This document shows positions 51,485 through 61,009 of a DNA stretch of 64,000 bases, piece by piece. Within the stretch, counting starts at the first letter, position 1. Each line of letters opens with the position of its first letter. Origin of the DNA: Candidatus Latescibacterota bacterium (GTDB taxonomy: Bacteria > Latescibacterota > UBA2968 > UBA8231); assembly GCA_965206595.1 (NCBI GenBank), contig OZ242214.1, positions 4,544,001 to 4,608,000 on the forward strand, in the 5' to 3' direction. The position numbers and the translations under genes were made by a program. Under the pieces are notes generated by a model, which saw nothing but the letters and a program-made list of their open reading frames with translations, was not told the DNA's origin and searched no databases.

Positions 51485-52798
51485 TCACAGGCAATCCCGG
51501 TCTTCGAGAAACGAGAGTGCCTCGTCGAGGGGTCCGTACAGGTGATGAAAGCCGTTAGTCACCACCGTGTCGACATCCGGCGCCGATGCCGCCGCGCCGT
51601 CGCTGACCAGCCGCGAGGCAATCTTCCGCGACTCGGCGGCGTACTCCAGGGCCATGGCGGCGCCTCTCCCGTCCGCTTCCCCCAGGCGCTGGAAGTGGGC
51701 CCGGATCAGGGCCGAAGGGTGGCCGGCGGCGCGAACATCGCTCCAGCCCCTGCCCGCTTCCGCCAGGGCTCCGAGGGCGCCGTCGACCGCCGGCAACCTG
51801 CCGTCTTCCAGCGGTCGGTACGCCCCGGCGCCGAAGTCGTAAACCCCGGAGCGGCCGCGTCCGTCGTACTGGAAGAAGCCGTCCTTCTGGCTGCCGTCCC
51901 CGCGCTGGCCCCCGAGCCGGCCTTCGGCAACCATGTGAGAGAACAGCGGCGACGAAAATGCTTCCCCTTCGATGTAGCGATCCATCACCTCGAGAATCGC
52001 GGCGAAGATTTCGATGCCGGCGTAGTCGATGACCTGGAAAATTCCCATCGGGCGCAGGAGTCCGATCTCGCTGATCGCGTTCACGGCGTAGATCGCTTCC
52101 GGCTCGCCGAATTCGCTCCGCAGGCGGGCGACGCAGGCGGCAGCGTACAGACCCTCGCGAATGAAATGGCCGTTGCCGATGAAGCCGGCGACGTCGCGCG
52201 AGCGCACGACCGTCTTGCCGAACCGGCGGGCGAGCTCCCCGGCAAAGCGGACGAGCCCGGGACGGGTGTCCTCGGCCGGGATCAGCTCGAGGAGCTTCTG
52301 GACCGCGGGCGGGTTGTAGAAGTGAAAGCCGACGACGCGGCCGTCGAGCCCGGCGGCTTCGTCGAGCCGGCGGATCGGAATGGAGGATGTGTTGGACAGG
52401 AAAAGCGCCTCCGGCGGACAGGTCTCCCGCAGCCGCCGCAGCAGGCCGGTCTTCAGGTCTTCGGACTCGGGAACCGCTTCGAACAGCAGGGTGCAGTCCC
52501 GCGCGGCCTCGAGCCTGGTGGCGGTAGAAACCAGGGCCATGGCCCGATCGGTGAAACTCCGCGCCTCCCGTTCGTCACCGAGACGGCGCCGGGCGCGCCG
52601 CAGGAGGTGTTTCTGCAGATAGGCCCGCAGGGGCTCGATCGACTGCGGGCGGCTGTCGATCAGGATCAGCCCGCCGGTCCGGTGGCCGTCGACCTCCAGC
52701 CGGGCCATGAGCTCCGCGGCGAGGAGAGCGATGCCGCTGCCCATCTTGCCGCCGGCGCCGATCACCGCGGCGCTGCCGAGTACGCTTTCGATCTGCAC
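51485..52798 (-). CDS. 3-hydroxyacyl-CoA dehydrogenase family protein
   Basis: GAGGKMGSGIA, EAVPE, SNTSS, GFHFYNP, GFIGN, PMG. Confidence 0.85.
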   Translation of the reverse strand: MQIESVLGSAAVIGAGGKMGSGIALLAAELMARLEVDGHRTGGLILIDSRPQSIEPLRAYLQKHLLRRARRRLGDEREARSFTDRAMALVSTATRLEAARDCTLLFEAVPESEDLKTGLLRRLRETCPPEALFLSNTSSIPIRRLDEAAGLDGRVVGFHFYNPPAVQKLLELIPAEDTRPGLVRFAGELARRFGKTVVRSRDVAGFIGNGHFIREGLYAAACVARLRSEFGEPEAIYAVNAISEIGLLRPMGIFQVIDYAGIEIFAAILEVMDRYIEGEAFSSPLFSHMVAEGRLGGQRGDGSQKDGFFQYDGRGRSGVYDFGAGAYRPLEDGRLPAVDGALGALAEAGRGWSDVRAAGHPSALIRAHFQRLGEADGRGAAMALEYAAESRKIASRLVSDGAAASAPDVDTVVTNGFHHLYGPLDEALSFLEDRDCL

Positions 52799-52948
52799 GG
52801 CTTGTTTCGCAGGAAGGATGTCGAGATTGTGGGAACGGAGGGTCAGGAAAACAGGGGTGGCGTCCGCAAGCCCGATTTATCGCGTCTTCAGAATATGACG
52901 GCATCCGTCCGGGGGGAACCGGATCTGATGTTCCAGATCAGGGCTTGG

Positions 52949-53851
52949 CTATGGTCTGTCAGGAGCCTGCGCGAGCCTGACGTCGTATTCCGGAATAGAT
53001 TGCGCGAATGATTCCAGGATAGGGGAATCCGGCGACCACTCGATTCGGGCGGTCTTGGACTTGAGATCCGGCGCACTGTAAACGAAGCGTTCGTCATAGC
53101 GCAAGTACAGCGTTTCAAAGAACTTTTCGAGGCGGAGTGGGCTCTCGCGCGGCGGGAAGTCGGGAAGCATTTGGCCGGAACGGTCGTTGCGCGTGTCGAT
53201 CAGCGCCAACGATATTGCTTCGTATCGGCTGACGTCGTTACGAATGCCCACGCGATCCGTGAGAGCCCTCAATGCCGAATGGAAACGGCGGATCGATTCA
53301 ACGGGCTCGCCGTCATCGGACATCGCCATATCGTTCGGGGCCAAGGCGGCATCTTGGCCAGGCCAATTCGCACGGATCAGAAATAGGTATCCGAAGACAA
53401 GGGCCGGGTAAGTGATGTGCAGGTTCGTACACTCGCCGATCGTCTCTTCCATGCGATTCGTGAGATTGCGGAAGGCGCCGGTCATGCCTTTACAGGAGAC
53501 GGCCAGGACTGGTCCACGGCCGTTCTTGTTAACTACGATATCGACGCTCTTTGTCTTCAAGCCTCCGAGAACGGTCGCTTCGGCCCCGGTAGCGGTCGTT
53601 GGATCGTGTTGGATGAGGTATTGACCGCGGCGCTCAGATACGATGAAGGGAGGTCGCGGCTTGATCTCGTCCGGCCGGAAACCACCCTCCAGGACAAGGC
53701 GGCAGGCTACATACCAGTGGAGAGGCTTGATGTGTTCTTGGCTTTGGGTCCGCCCTTGGTAGCCTGCGAAATGCTCTAACGCGTCAGCTTGACTCACCCA
53801 TTGACAGGGCCGTGGGGAACCTGTGGTGCCCTCGCTACTCCTTGGCGGCAT
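52949..53851 (-). CDS. Putative type II restriction endonuclease (PD-(D/E)xK, XhoI/PaeR7I-like)
   Basis: TKSVDIVV...AVSCK...NLTNRMEETIG; overlaps the upstream MTase; RBS GGAGA. Confidence 0.7.
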   Translation of the reverse strand: MPPRSSEGTTGSPRPCQWVSQADALEHFAGYQGRTQSQEHIKPLHWYVACRLVLEGGFRPDEIKPRPPFIVSERRGQYLIQHDPTTATGAEATVLGGLKTKSVDIVVNKNGRGPVLAVSCKGMTGAFRNLTNRMEETIGECTNLHITYPALVFGYLFLIRANWPGQDAALAPNDMAMSDDGEPVESIRRFHSALRALTDRVGIRNDVSRYEAISLALIDTRNDRSGQMLPDFPPRESPLRLEKFFETLYLRYDERFVYSAPDLKSKTARIEWSPDSPILESFAQSIPEYDVRLAQAPDRP

Positions 53852-55304
53852 AATGTCTCCAACTAAGCATCGTTGAAACGGCTTCCAGAATCTCGGCGCT
53901 TGACAGAGCGAACTTCGTGGAGGCCGGTGGGAACAGGATCTGCGTGGCCTCCCGAGGCTCAAGCTTCAGCATTCCGCCGCCCAGAGGATGTCCTTCGAGC
54001 TCGCAGCTCAGCCGAAGGAAGGGTGTGTCCCAGTACTTCGCCAGTTGACGAACAGCATTCTTGTCGCGGGCACGAATACTGTGGACGGCATTTGTACAGG
54101 TCGCACCCGCGGCGTTTCGGACCAAGTGCGGCATGCGCCCCGACATGTAGGTCAGGAAGAAATCGGGCACATGCACATCCGGAACTGAATACCAAGGCTC
54201 ACGCATTCGGCATTTGTATGCTGCCTGGGCGCGCCTTCCCCGATCGGTATCTAGATATCTGGCAACGCCCAACGGCAATCTACCCCTCTTCGGAATCCGC
54301 AGGAGCATCATGGGATCATCGGATTGCCACCACTGTTCTATGGTCCTCGTGGTGAGTTCTTTGGGCGGCAAGACCCGACCGTTCCGCACCGTCGGGTGGA
54401 GGAGCCTGTCTGGGATGCTCCACTCCTCGGCCTGGGAAGGACGTAGATGGAAGAATTCGTTCGCTCCGCTGACGTATCCGATCCCAATGGTCGCGATGTC
54501 CCCGAAACGGATCGCATCCGAGCTTGACGCGGCTACCTTGTAAAGCTCTCGCACGCTGCTTGGCAACAAGTAGGGCCGTAGTCGACGGTTCCAGGAATTG
54601 CGCCACTCGTGAACCGACACCCGGATGCCGTCGCGAGGTGGTGTTGCAGATGGGATGAAGTGATCGCATACCGAGAACCGCAATTCTGCGGTGCGGCCGC
54701 CAAAGCCACTGGCATAGAGCAACCAGCAGTCCTCGGATAGCTGTGGAAAGAGCTTTCTACGTACGGCAATGATTTGTACGGTGGAGAAATGCTTAACGAG
54801 GTAGTCCAGCAGCGGCGCAGCATAGGGAGCATGGCCGATGGCTGCGGGCACGACAAACGCCATTCGGCCATCGGGCTCTAGCATGTTCGCGGTCGCTACA
54901 AGGAAGGGCGCCCAAGACGCAGTGAGTCCGGAAAACCTCACCCCTAAAGATGCACACAGCTTCAGGGCGCGTGCGCGGACCTCACCCTTGAAAGTCTGAT
55001 AACGAATGAAGGGAGGATTGCCAGCGGCACACTCGAAGCGTTCATCTGAACTTGCAGCCCAAGCGAAGAAGTCAGCCTCGCAGACGACTCCCCAGGGAGC
55101 ACGGCGCATCGCCACGCGCACAGCTACGGGGTCTTGTTCGACCCCGTAGCTGTTCTGGTGGGCAGCAATGAAACGGCCATCTCCGCATGACGGATCGAGA
55201 AGCCGGTCGGACTCCTTTCGAACGGCCCAACGAACGAGATTGGCCACGACAGGTTCCGGGGTATAGTAGGCGCCGGAATGCTTTTGCGAGAGGATAGCCA
55301 TCAA
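53835..55304 (-). CDS. N6-adenine DNA methyltransferase (gamma class, TaqI/Eco57I-like)
   Basis: GAYYTP, LLDPSCGDG (motif I), GNPPF (motif IV), GGGMLKLEP. Confidence 0.9.
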   Translation of the reverse strand: MMAILSQKHSGAYYTPEPVVANLVRWAVRKESDRLLDPSCGDGRFIAAHQNSYGVEQDPVAVRVAMRRAPWGVVCEADFFAWAASSDERFECAAGNPPFIRYQTFKGEVRARALKLCASLGVRFSGLTASWAPFLVATANMLEPDGRMAFVVPAAIGHAPYAAPLLDYLVKHFSTVQIIAVRRKLFPQLSEDCWLLYASGFGGRTAELRFSVCDHFIPSATPPRDGIRVSVHEWRNSWNRRLRPYLLPSSVRELYKVAASSSDAIRFGDIATIGIGYVSGANEFFHLRPSQAEEWSIPDRLLHPTVRNGRVLPPKELTTRTIEQWWQSDDPMMLLRIPKRGRLPLGVARYLDTDRGRRAQAAYKCRMREPWYSVPDVHVPDFFLTYMSGRMPHLVRNAAGATCTNAVHSIRARDKNAVRQLAKYWDTPFLRLSCELEGHPLGGGMLKLEPREATQILFPPASTKFALSSAEILEAVSTMLSWRHYAAKE

Positions 55305-55643
55305 GCAACTCCTAAGGGCTTAAGACCTCCATCATGGGTGATAACCGCCTCCCCGGACCATCTTCAGAGTTTCTTCTTGAGGCCGGATCGCCGTGGTCTG
55401 TCGATCCTTGGTGTCCAGCACCCAACCTCGCATTCAGGCTGCCAGTCCCGTGGTGGTTCTTTAACCATCCCCTGTTATTTCAGCGGGAATGTGGATGACG
55501 TATGGCAGTTCAACCTGATCGGGATTGGGGTCCCGCCTGGAGATCGTCCAGACAGTCGGTCAGGGGGCGGTTTTTCAAGGCAAGCCAATCCAAATCGGCC
55601 CGGATTGGAAAATCCGCCACCATAATCATAACAACCGAAGGCC

Positions 55644-55667
55644 GCAGGCGCCGAAAACCGCGCCTGC
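55644..55667 (-). terminator. Possible terminator hairpin after the lactonase gene
   Basis: GCAGGCG-N10-CGCCTGC stem followed on the minus strand by a weak T-rich tract. Confidence 0.35.
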
Positions 55668-55689
55668 GCCCCGGCAGTATTTCCAGCTG

Positions 55690-56778
55690 CTACGGCGACG
55701 GCAGCTGGTACCCCTCCACCTCGACCTCGATCTTCGCCAGCACCGACTTCTGTCCATCCATGCCGATTCCGTAGGTCATGTAGAGCGTCTTCGCCGTCTC
55801 GCCGCGGCCGAAGGCGACGTTGGTCGGAACCGGTGTCGGGATGTAGACGAGCTCCTCACCATTCGGAGAATAGCAGACGATTCCGGGCCGCTTCGCGTCA
55901 CGCACCGCTACCCAGAGATTCCCCTCGACGTCGCACACCAGCCCGTCGGGGCCGTCTTCAGGCAGATAGTCTACCAGCACCTCGCGGAAGGTGGCGCTGC
56001 CGTCTTCTGCGAGGTCGTAGGCCAGCAGCGCCATTCTGCCTTTGTGCGAGGGATCCTCGGCAGTTAGCCCGCCGAGGTCGGACGCGGCCAGCGGCAAGCC
56101 CGTGGAGCCGTTGTCGTTGGAGACTACGTAGAGCGACTTCTGGTCCGGCGACACGGCGACGCCGTTCGGTTTGCCGGCGTCGGTGATGATGCGGTGTATC
56201 GATCCGTCCGGATCGATGCGGTAGACGGCGAAGACCCCCATCTCCATGGACTCGTGCCCGAGGTAGCGCGGATCGCTGAAATAGATCCGCCCCTTCTCGT
56301 CGAGGGTGACATCGTTGGGGGAGTTGAATTTCCTGCCGTTGTAGGTGCCGGCGATGATCTCGGCCTTGCCGGTGGTCAGGTCGGTGCGCGTCACCCGCCG
56401 CCCGCCGAAGTCCGCCCCTTCGCAGGCGATCAGCCGCCCCATGGCGTCGAACTTGAGGCCGTTCGACATGCCGCTCGGCGAGCGGAAGACCGCGGCTTCT
56501 CCGGTCTTGGGATCGTAGCGCCAGATGTGGCCGGCCTGCATGCCGGAGACGCCGCTGAAAGTGATGTCGCTGAAGTAGACCGACCCGTCCAGGGCAACCG
56601 CCGGCCCCTCGGTGAAGAAGGCGCCGTCGAAGACCACCTCGACGCGGGCGTCCTTCGAGATGATGTCCGGATGCCCGGACGGTGGGGCGAGCTCGTGCTG
56701 GTCGGCCCGGACTCCTGCAGCCAGCAGCAGGACGCCGCTGATCGTCGAGATTCGCGAAAACAGGGTGCGTGTACGCAT
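55690..56778 (-). CDS. SMP-30/gluconolactonase family protein, secreted
   Basis: Signal peptide, FTEGP, SNGL, NSPND, PNGV, GPDG, PTN. Confidence 0.92.
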   Translation of the reverse strand: MRTRTLFSRISTISGVLLLAAGVRADQHELAPPSGHPDIISKDARVEVVFDGAFFTEGPAVALDGSVYFSDITFSGVSGMQAGHIWRYDPKTGEAAVFRSPSGMSNGLKFDAMGRLIACEGADFGGRRVTRTDLTTGKAEIIAGTYNGRKFNSPNDVTLDEKGRIYFSDPRYLGHESMEMGVFAVYRIDPDGSIHRIITDAGKPNGVAVSPDQKSLYVVSNDNGSTGLPLAASDLGGLTAEDPSHKGRMALLAYDLAEDGSATFREVLVDYLPEDGPDGLVCDVEGNLWVAVRDAKRPGIVCYSPNGEELVYIPTPVPTNVAFGRGETAKTLYMTYGIGMDGQKSVLAKIEVEVEGYQLPSP

Positions 56779-56908
56779 GTCCCTCTCCTTTGTTTGCTGA
56801 GGGTGTGCAAGCGGCCACCCTCTCTGTTTGTTGGCCGCCTCGTCGAGGCCGCGCGGTCTCGACAAGGCGGAGCGCCGCGGACGGGGCGATGCTTCCGTTT
56901 CGCTGTCC

Positions 56909-58105
56909 CTACCGCTGCCAGACTTCGGTCGACGCGCCGGTGGGATGCGGGGCGGTCGGCCGCCAGCGCAGCTCCCGGTACGACTCGTACTCGATCTGCA
57001 GCCAGTCGGTCTGCACCCGCACGTGCCCGGCGTGTCGCGAATCCATCGCCGCGGCCAGGATGCCGCTGGTCAACAGGGTCCGTTCCACCGGGTACGCCGG
57101 CACCCCGGTGAGAAACATCTCCTCGATGTTCAGGCCGAGGTAGCTGAAGTGGGCGTTAGCGTTCTGCATCGGGTCGATGGCCTTGAAGTGGTTGAACTCC
57201 GTGGCCGTCACCTCACCCCCGGACGCACGCGCCGCGTACGCCCAGTCGCCGACGATTCCCTTCGTAAGGATCAGCACCGCCGACCTGAGCCCGTCCCGGT
57301 ACTCGATCAGGAAAAGCGCCGGTTCCGGGCACAGCTCCTCGACCGCTCCCGACGGCTTCTCCGAGATGGCGTCCCACGCCGCCTGCAACAGCTCGCGGGA
57401 CCAGTCCCCGCGCCTGGCCGCCTCCCATACCGCTTCTCCTTCGAGGCAGGTGACCGCAGAGACCCCGGTCTCCCCTCCCCGGCGCCGCTCGACCATCGCC
57501 TGCATCGGCTCGAGGGCGTGGATTCCGTACGTCTCCAGTCCAGAGAAACCGATGGTCACGGTTTCGCGCAGGTCGTCGCCGTCGTGCTCGAGCCAGGGGT
57601 TGCGCCACAGCAGCGGCACCGAGGACCCGGCCATGAACGGCGCCCCGAGCTCGCGGGCGCGGTCGTACATCCACCGGGCGTCGGGCCAACTCCAGGACAG
57701 GTGCTTGTCGTTGAACACCGGCACGGCGCGGCCGCTCGTCGCCATGACGCCGCAGATCTGCTCCATGAAGTGCCGCCGCGGATACAGGTACTGTTCCTTT
57801 TCGCTCCAGGCGTACTTGCCGTGCTCGCAGATGCTGAGGACTCCATCCACGGCCAGCTGATCGCCCCCCAGAGTCAGGGCATCGATCATGATGTCGAAGA
57901 TCGGCACGCCGTGGGCGGCCGCCATTTCGCGGCCGAGATCGCTGTTGCCCGGTTGATCGAAGTGAAGAGAGGCGATCTCCACGCGCGGCTCGATCCAGCC
58001 GTCGTCGGTGGGAAACCCCCTGAGGAATTTCGAGACGATGACGTCGGCGTGAGAGCGGGGCCGGTACTCCGAGACGATCGCGGCGATTTTCTTCTTTGCG
58101 GTCAT
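56909..58105 (-). CDS. Uncharacterised oxidoreductase-like protein, paralog B
   Basis: SHADVI, DGVL..EHG.Y, PVFNDKHLS, MAGSS.P, YGIHALE, PVERTLLTSG. Confidence 0.8.
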   Translation of the reverse strand: MTAKKKIAAIVSEYRPRSHADVIVSKFLRGFPTDDGWIEPRVEIASLHFDQPGNSDLGREMAAAHGVPIFDIMIDALTLGGDQLAVDGVLSICEHGKYAWSEKEQYLYPRRHFMEQICGVMATSGRAVPVFNDKHLSWSWPDARWMYDRARELGAPFMAGSSVPLLWRNPWLEHDGDDLRETVTIGFSGLETYGIHALEPMQAMVERRRGGETGVSAVTCLEGEAVWEAARRGDWSRELLQAAWDAISEKPSGAVEELCPEPALFLIEYRDGLRSAVLILTKGIVGDWAYAARASGGEVTATEFNHFKAIDPMQNANAHFSYLGLNIEEMFLTGVPAYPVERTLLTSGILAAAMDSRHAGHVRVQTDWLQIEYESYRELRWRPTAPHPTGASTEVWQR

Positions 58106-58116
58106 GGCGGTCGCCC

Positions 58117-59313
58117 TCAGGCTGGAGGCGGCCAGGGGTCGAGACAGGCGCCGGCCGGCCGCGGTCCGAGCGGACGCCACGGCAGCTCGTCGTAGGATTC
58201 GTAGGCGACGTCGAGCCAACCGGTCTCGAGCCGGCGGTACCCCTCGTGGCGCGACGTCAATGCCGCCTCGAGCACCCCGCTCGTCAGCAGGGTGCGCTCC
58301 ACCGGCCAAACGGGACTCCCGGTGAGGAACATCTCCTCGATGTTGAGGCCGAGGTAGCTGAAATGGGCGTGCACGCCGTTGCCGCCGTGACCCTGGCAGT
58401 GGAACTCCGAGGCTTGGACGCTGCCGTCGCCCAGGCGGGCGGCGTAGGCGAGGTCGGTGACGTAGCCGTTCAGCATCAGCGCCGATCCCCTGAGACCGTC
58501 GTGGTACTCGACGACGAACAGCGCCGGGTTGCGGCAGTGTTCCTCCATGCCGCCCTGCGGCTTGTCGGGAATCGCCGCGCATGCGGCCTCCGCCAGCTCC
58601 CGCGACCACACCCCCCGTTCGGCCGCTTCCCAGACGGCATCCCCCTCGAAGCAGGTGACCGCGGCGACCCCGGATTCCCCTCCGCGCCGGCGTTCCACCA
58701 TGCACTGCAGCACCTCGAGGGTGTGGAACCCGTAGATGTCCAGGCCGGAGAAACCGACGGCCAGCGCTTCCTCGAGCTCCACCCCCTTCTCGTGCTCGAG
58801 CCAGGGGCTGCGCCAGGCCACCGGCAGGGAAGAGCCGGCCATCAGCGGTGCTTGAAGACCCGCCGCCCGCTCGCACATCCAGCGGCAGTCGTGCCAGTTG
58901 TAGGAGAGGTGCTTGTCGTTGAAGACCGGGACGCCGCGACCGCTCGTCGCCATGACGCCGCAGATCTGCTCCATGAAATAGCGGCGCGGGTAGAGCTGCT
59001 GCTGCTTCTCGTTCCAGGCGTAGTCCCCGTGCTCGCCGATCAGCAGCACGCCGTCGACGGCCAGGGAATCGCCCCCCAGGGTCAGGGCCCCGGGAATGCT
59101 GTGGTAGATGGGGACCCCGTGCTCGGCGGCGATGTCCCTGCCGATGTCGGTGGCGGGAAACTGGTCGATGTACATCGAGGCGACCTCGACGCGCGGCGCG
59201 ATCAGGCCATCGTCGGTCGGGAAGCCCTTGAGGAACTTGCCGACGAGCACGTCGGCGTGAGAGCCGCGGAAGTACTGGGTGATGACCGCGGCGATGCGCT
59301 TGCGGGTGGACAA
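58117..59313 (-). CDS. Uncharacterised oxidoreductase-like protein, paralog A
   Basis: Same motifs as 56909-58105; colinear along the full length. Confidence 0.8.
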   Translation of the reverse strand: MSTRKRIAAVITQYFRGSHADVLVGKFLKGFPTDDGLIAPRVEVASMYIDQFPATDIGRDIAAEHGVPIYHSIPGALTLGGDSLAVDGVLLIGEHGDYAWNEKQQQLYPRRYFMEQICGVMATSGRGVPVFNDKHLSYNWHDCRWMCERAAGLQAPLMAGSSLPVAWRSPWLEHEKGVELEEALAVGFSGLDIYGFHTLEVLQCMVERRRGGESGVAAVTCFEGDAVWEAAERGVWSRELAEAACAAIPDKPQGGMEEHCRNPALFVVEYHDGLRGSALMLNGYVTDLAYAARLGDGSVQASEFHCQGHGGNGVHAHFSYLGLNIEEMFLTGSPVWPVERTLLTSGVLEAALTSRHEGYRRLETGWLDVAYESYDELPWRPLGPRPAGACLDPWPPPA

Positions 59314-59329
59314 GGGAGGATGCGGAAGC

Positions 59330-60286
59330 TCAGGCGACCGCGGTAAGGGCGGCCAGCAGCGCCTTGATGTAGCCGACCGAGTAGGCGAGGCCGTGCTGGC
59401 CGCCGTCGCCGTCGCCCTCGAGAGCGGGGATGTGGTCGGGGTTGAGACAGCCGTCGAAGCCGAGCCGTTTCAGCTTCAGCAGCACCTTGAACATGTTGAT
59501 GTCGCCGTCGTCGAGGAGCACTTCCTCGAAAGCGCTCGCGGTCGCCAGGGAGCCGCGCACGTTGCGCAGATGCACCATGAAGATGCGCCCCTTGCGCCCG
59601 TAGTTGTCGATCTCGTCCATGATCAGCGGCCCGCCTCCCGCCTCGGCGCGGGTGCCGCAACAGTAGAGGTATCCCACCTGCGGGCTCGGAAAGGCGTCTA
59701 TGACGCGGTGAAACCCCAGCCCTCCGAGCGGGGTGTCGGCGTTCGGTGTGTCCGACGGGTGCATCGCCAGCCTGATGCCGGTCTCTTCGGCGACAGGCAC
59801 CAGCTCCCCGTACAGGACGCAGAACCGTTCCCACCAGAAATCCAGCTCCTCCGGCGCCGGCGGAGGAGGCGGATTGCGCGTCATCGCCAGGCTCTCGCCG
59901 CGCGACTCGTAGCCGCCGCGGTGTTTCGAGCGGTAGCGCGTCATCATGGCGGAGAAGGTGTCTCCGGCGACGCGCTGTCTCGCGATCGGGACTCCGGCCT
60001 CGGCGAACACCCGCAGTGCCCGGCAGCTGTTCTCCAGCTCCTTGCCGCCGCCCTCCCGGTCCTTCATGAACTCCTCGGTGATGTCGGGAAGGGTGACGCG
60101 ATTGATGTCCATGCCCCAGGACTGGATTTTCCGGCGGATCGCGACGACCTCGTCGAGGTCGGGGTACCCCTGCTCCCTGACGCCGGGGAAGTAGTCGCCG
60201 CCGCCGAAGTCGAGGCAGTCGACCCCGAGCTGAGAGGCTCTTCGCAGGTGGCTATCGGAGGTATCGCCCCAGATGGAAATCCGCAT
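59330..60286 (-). CDS. Mannonate dehydratase (UxuA)-like protein
   Basis: PVAEETGIRLAMHPSD, LYCCGT, VHLRNV, F.E...D.GD, PDHIP, AYSVGY. Confidence 0.85.
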   Translation of the reverse strand: MRISIWGDTSDSHLRRASQLGVDCLDFGGGDYFPGVREQGYPDLDEVVAIRRKIQSWGMDINRVTLPDITEEFMKDREGGGKELENSCRALRVFAEAGVPIARQRVAGDTFSAMMTRYRSKHRGGYESRGESLAMTRNPPPPPAPEELDFWWERFCVLYGELVPVAEETGIRLAMHPSDTPNADTPLGGLGFHRVIDAFPSPQVGYLYCCGTRAEAGGGPLIMDEIDNYGRKGRIFMVHLRNVRGSLATASAFEEVLLDDGDINMFKVLLKLKRLGFDGCLNPDHIPALEGDGDGGQHGLAYSVGYIKALLAALTAVA

Positions 60287-60512
60287 CGCGATTGCAGTGA
60301 CCTTTCGGGAAGGCGGCGAATCAGCGGGCTCGTCGCGCCGCGACAGGCTGCCTGTTTCCCTTGCTAAAGGCGGGGACGGTGAGGATTTCCGGCGTGTCGC
60401 CGCTGCGTTGTTTAGGCTGTCCGGTTCTCTCTTGCCCCGAGGGAGCAGCAAGATAACTTGACCGGCATCCGTCTACAACCGGCGCAAAGCGCGAAAAAAC
60501 AGGTGCGGCAGA

Positions 60513-60911
60513 ATGTCCGGGAACGGCTGTTTCGAGCTGGAATTCGAGGTGCGGGACTACGAGTGCGACTTGCAGGGAATCGTCAACAACGCCGTCTATC
60601 TCAACTACCTGGAGCACGCCCGCCACCGGTATCTCAAGAGCATCGGCATCGACTTCGCGGCATTGCACGAGCGCGGCTGCGACCTCGTTGTCACGCGCTC
60701 CGAGATCGACTACGAGAGCCCGCTGCGCAGCGGCGACCGCTTCGTCGTGCGCTCGCGGATGCGGCGGCAGCGGCGGATCCGTTTCCTGTTCGAGCAGGAG
60801 GTCGTCAAGCTGCCGGGACAGGAGCGGGTGCTTCAGGCCGTCATCACCGGCACCGGTGTGATCGACGGCAGGATCGGCTTGCCCCCGGAACTGCAGCAGC
60901 TGCCCGGATAG
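60513..60911 (+). CDS. Acyl-CoA thioesterase (YbgC/4HBT hot-dog family)
   Basis: VRDYECDLQGIVNNAVYLNYLEHAR. Confidence 0.92.
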   Translation: MSGNGCFELEFEVRDYECDLQGIVNNAVYLNYLEHARHRYLKSIGIDFAALHERGCDLVVTRSEIDYESPLRSGDRFVVRSRMRRQRRIRFLFEQEVVKLPGQERVLQAVITGTGVIDGRIGLPPELQQLPG

Positions 60912-61009
60912 CAGTTCCGGCGAGGGCGCGACCCCACCCCGTCACCCGGCTGTCCCCGCGACTCAGGGAAGCGGTCGCATCTTCCAACCAAACTGAAAGG
61001 AGGTCCCCG

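Noticed and set aside
42155-55690. Mobile-element signatures around the two defence insertions
   Set aside because: No integrase, transposase, tRNA target or flanking direct/inverted repeats could be identified by eye
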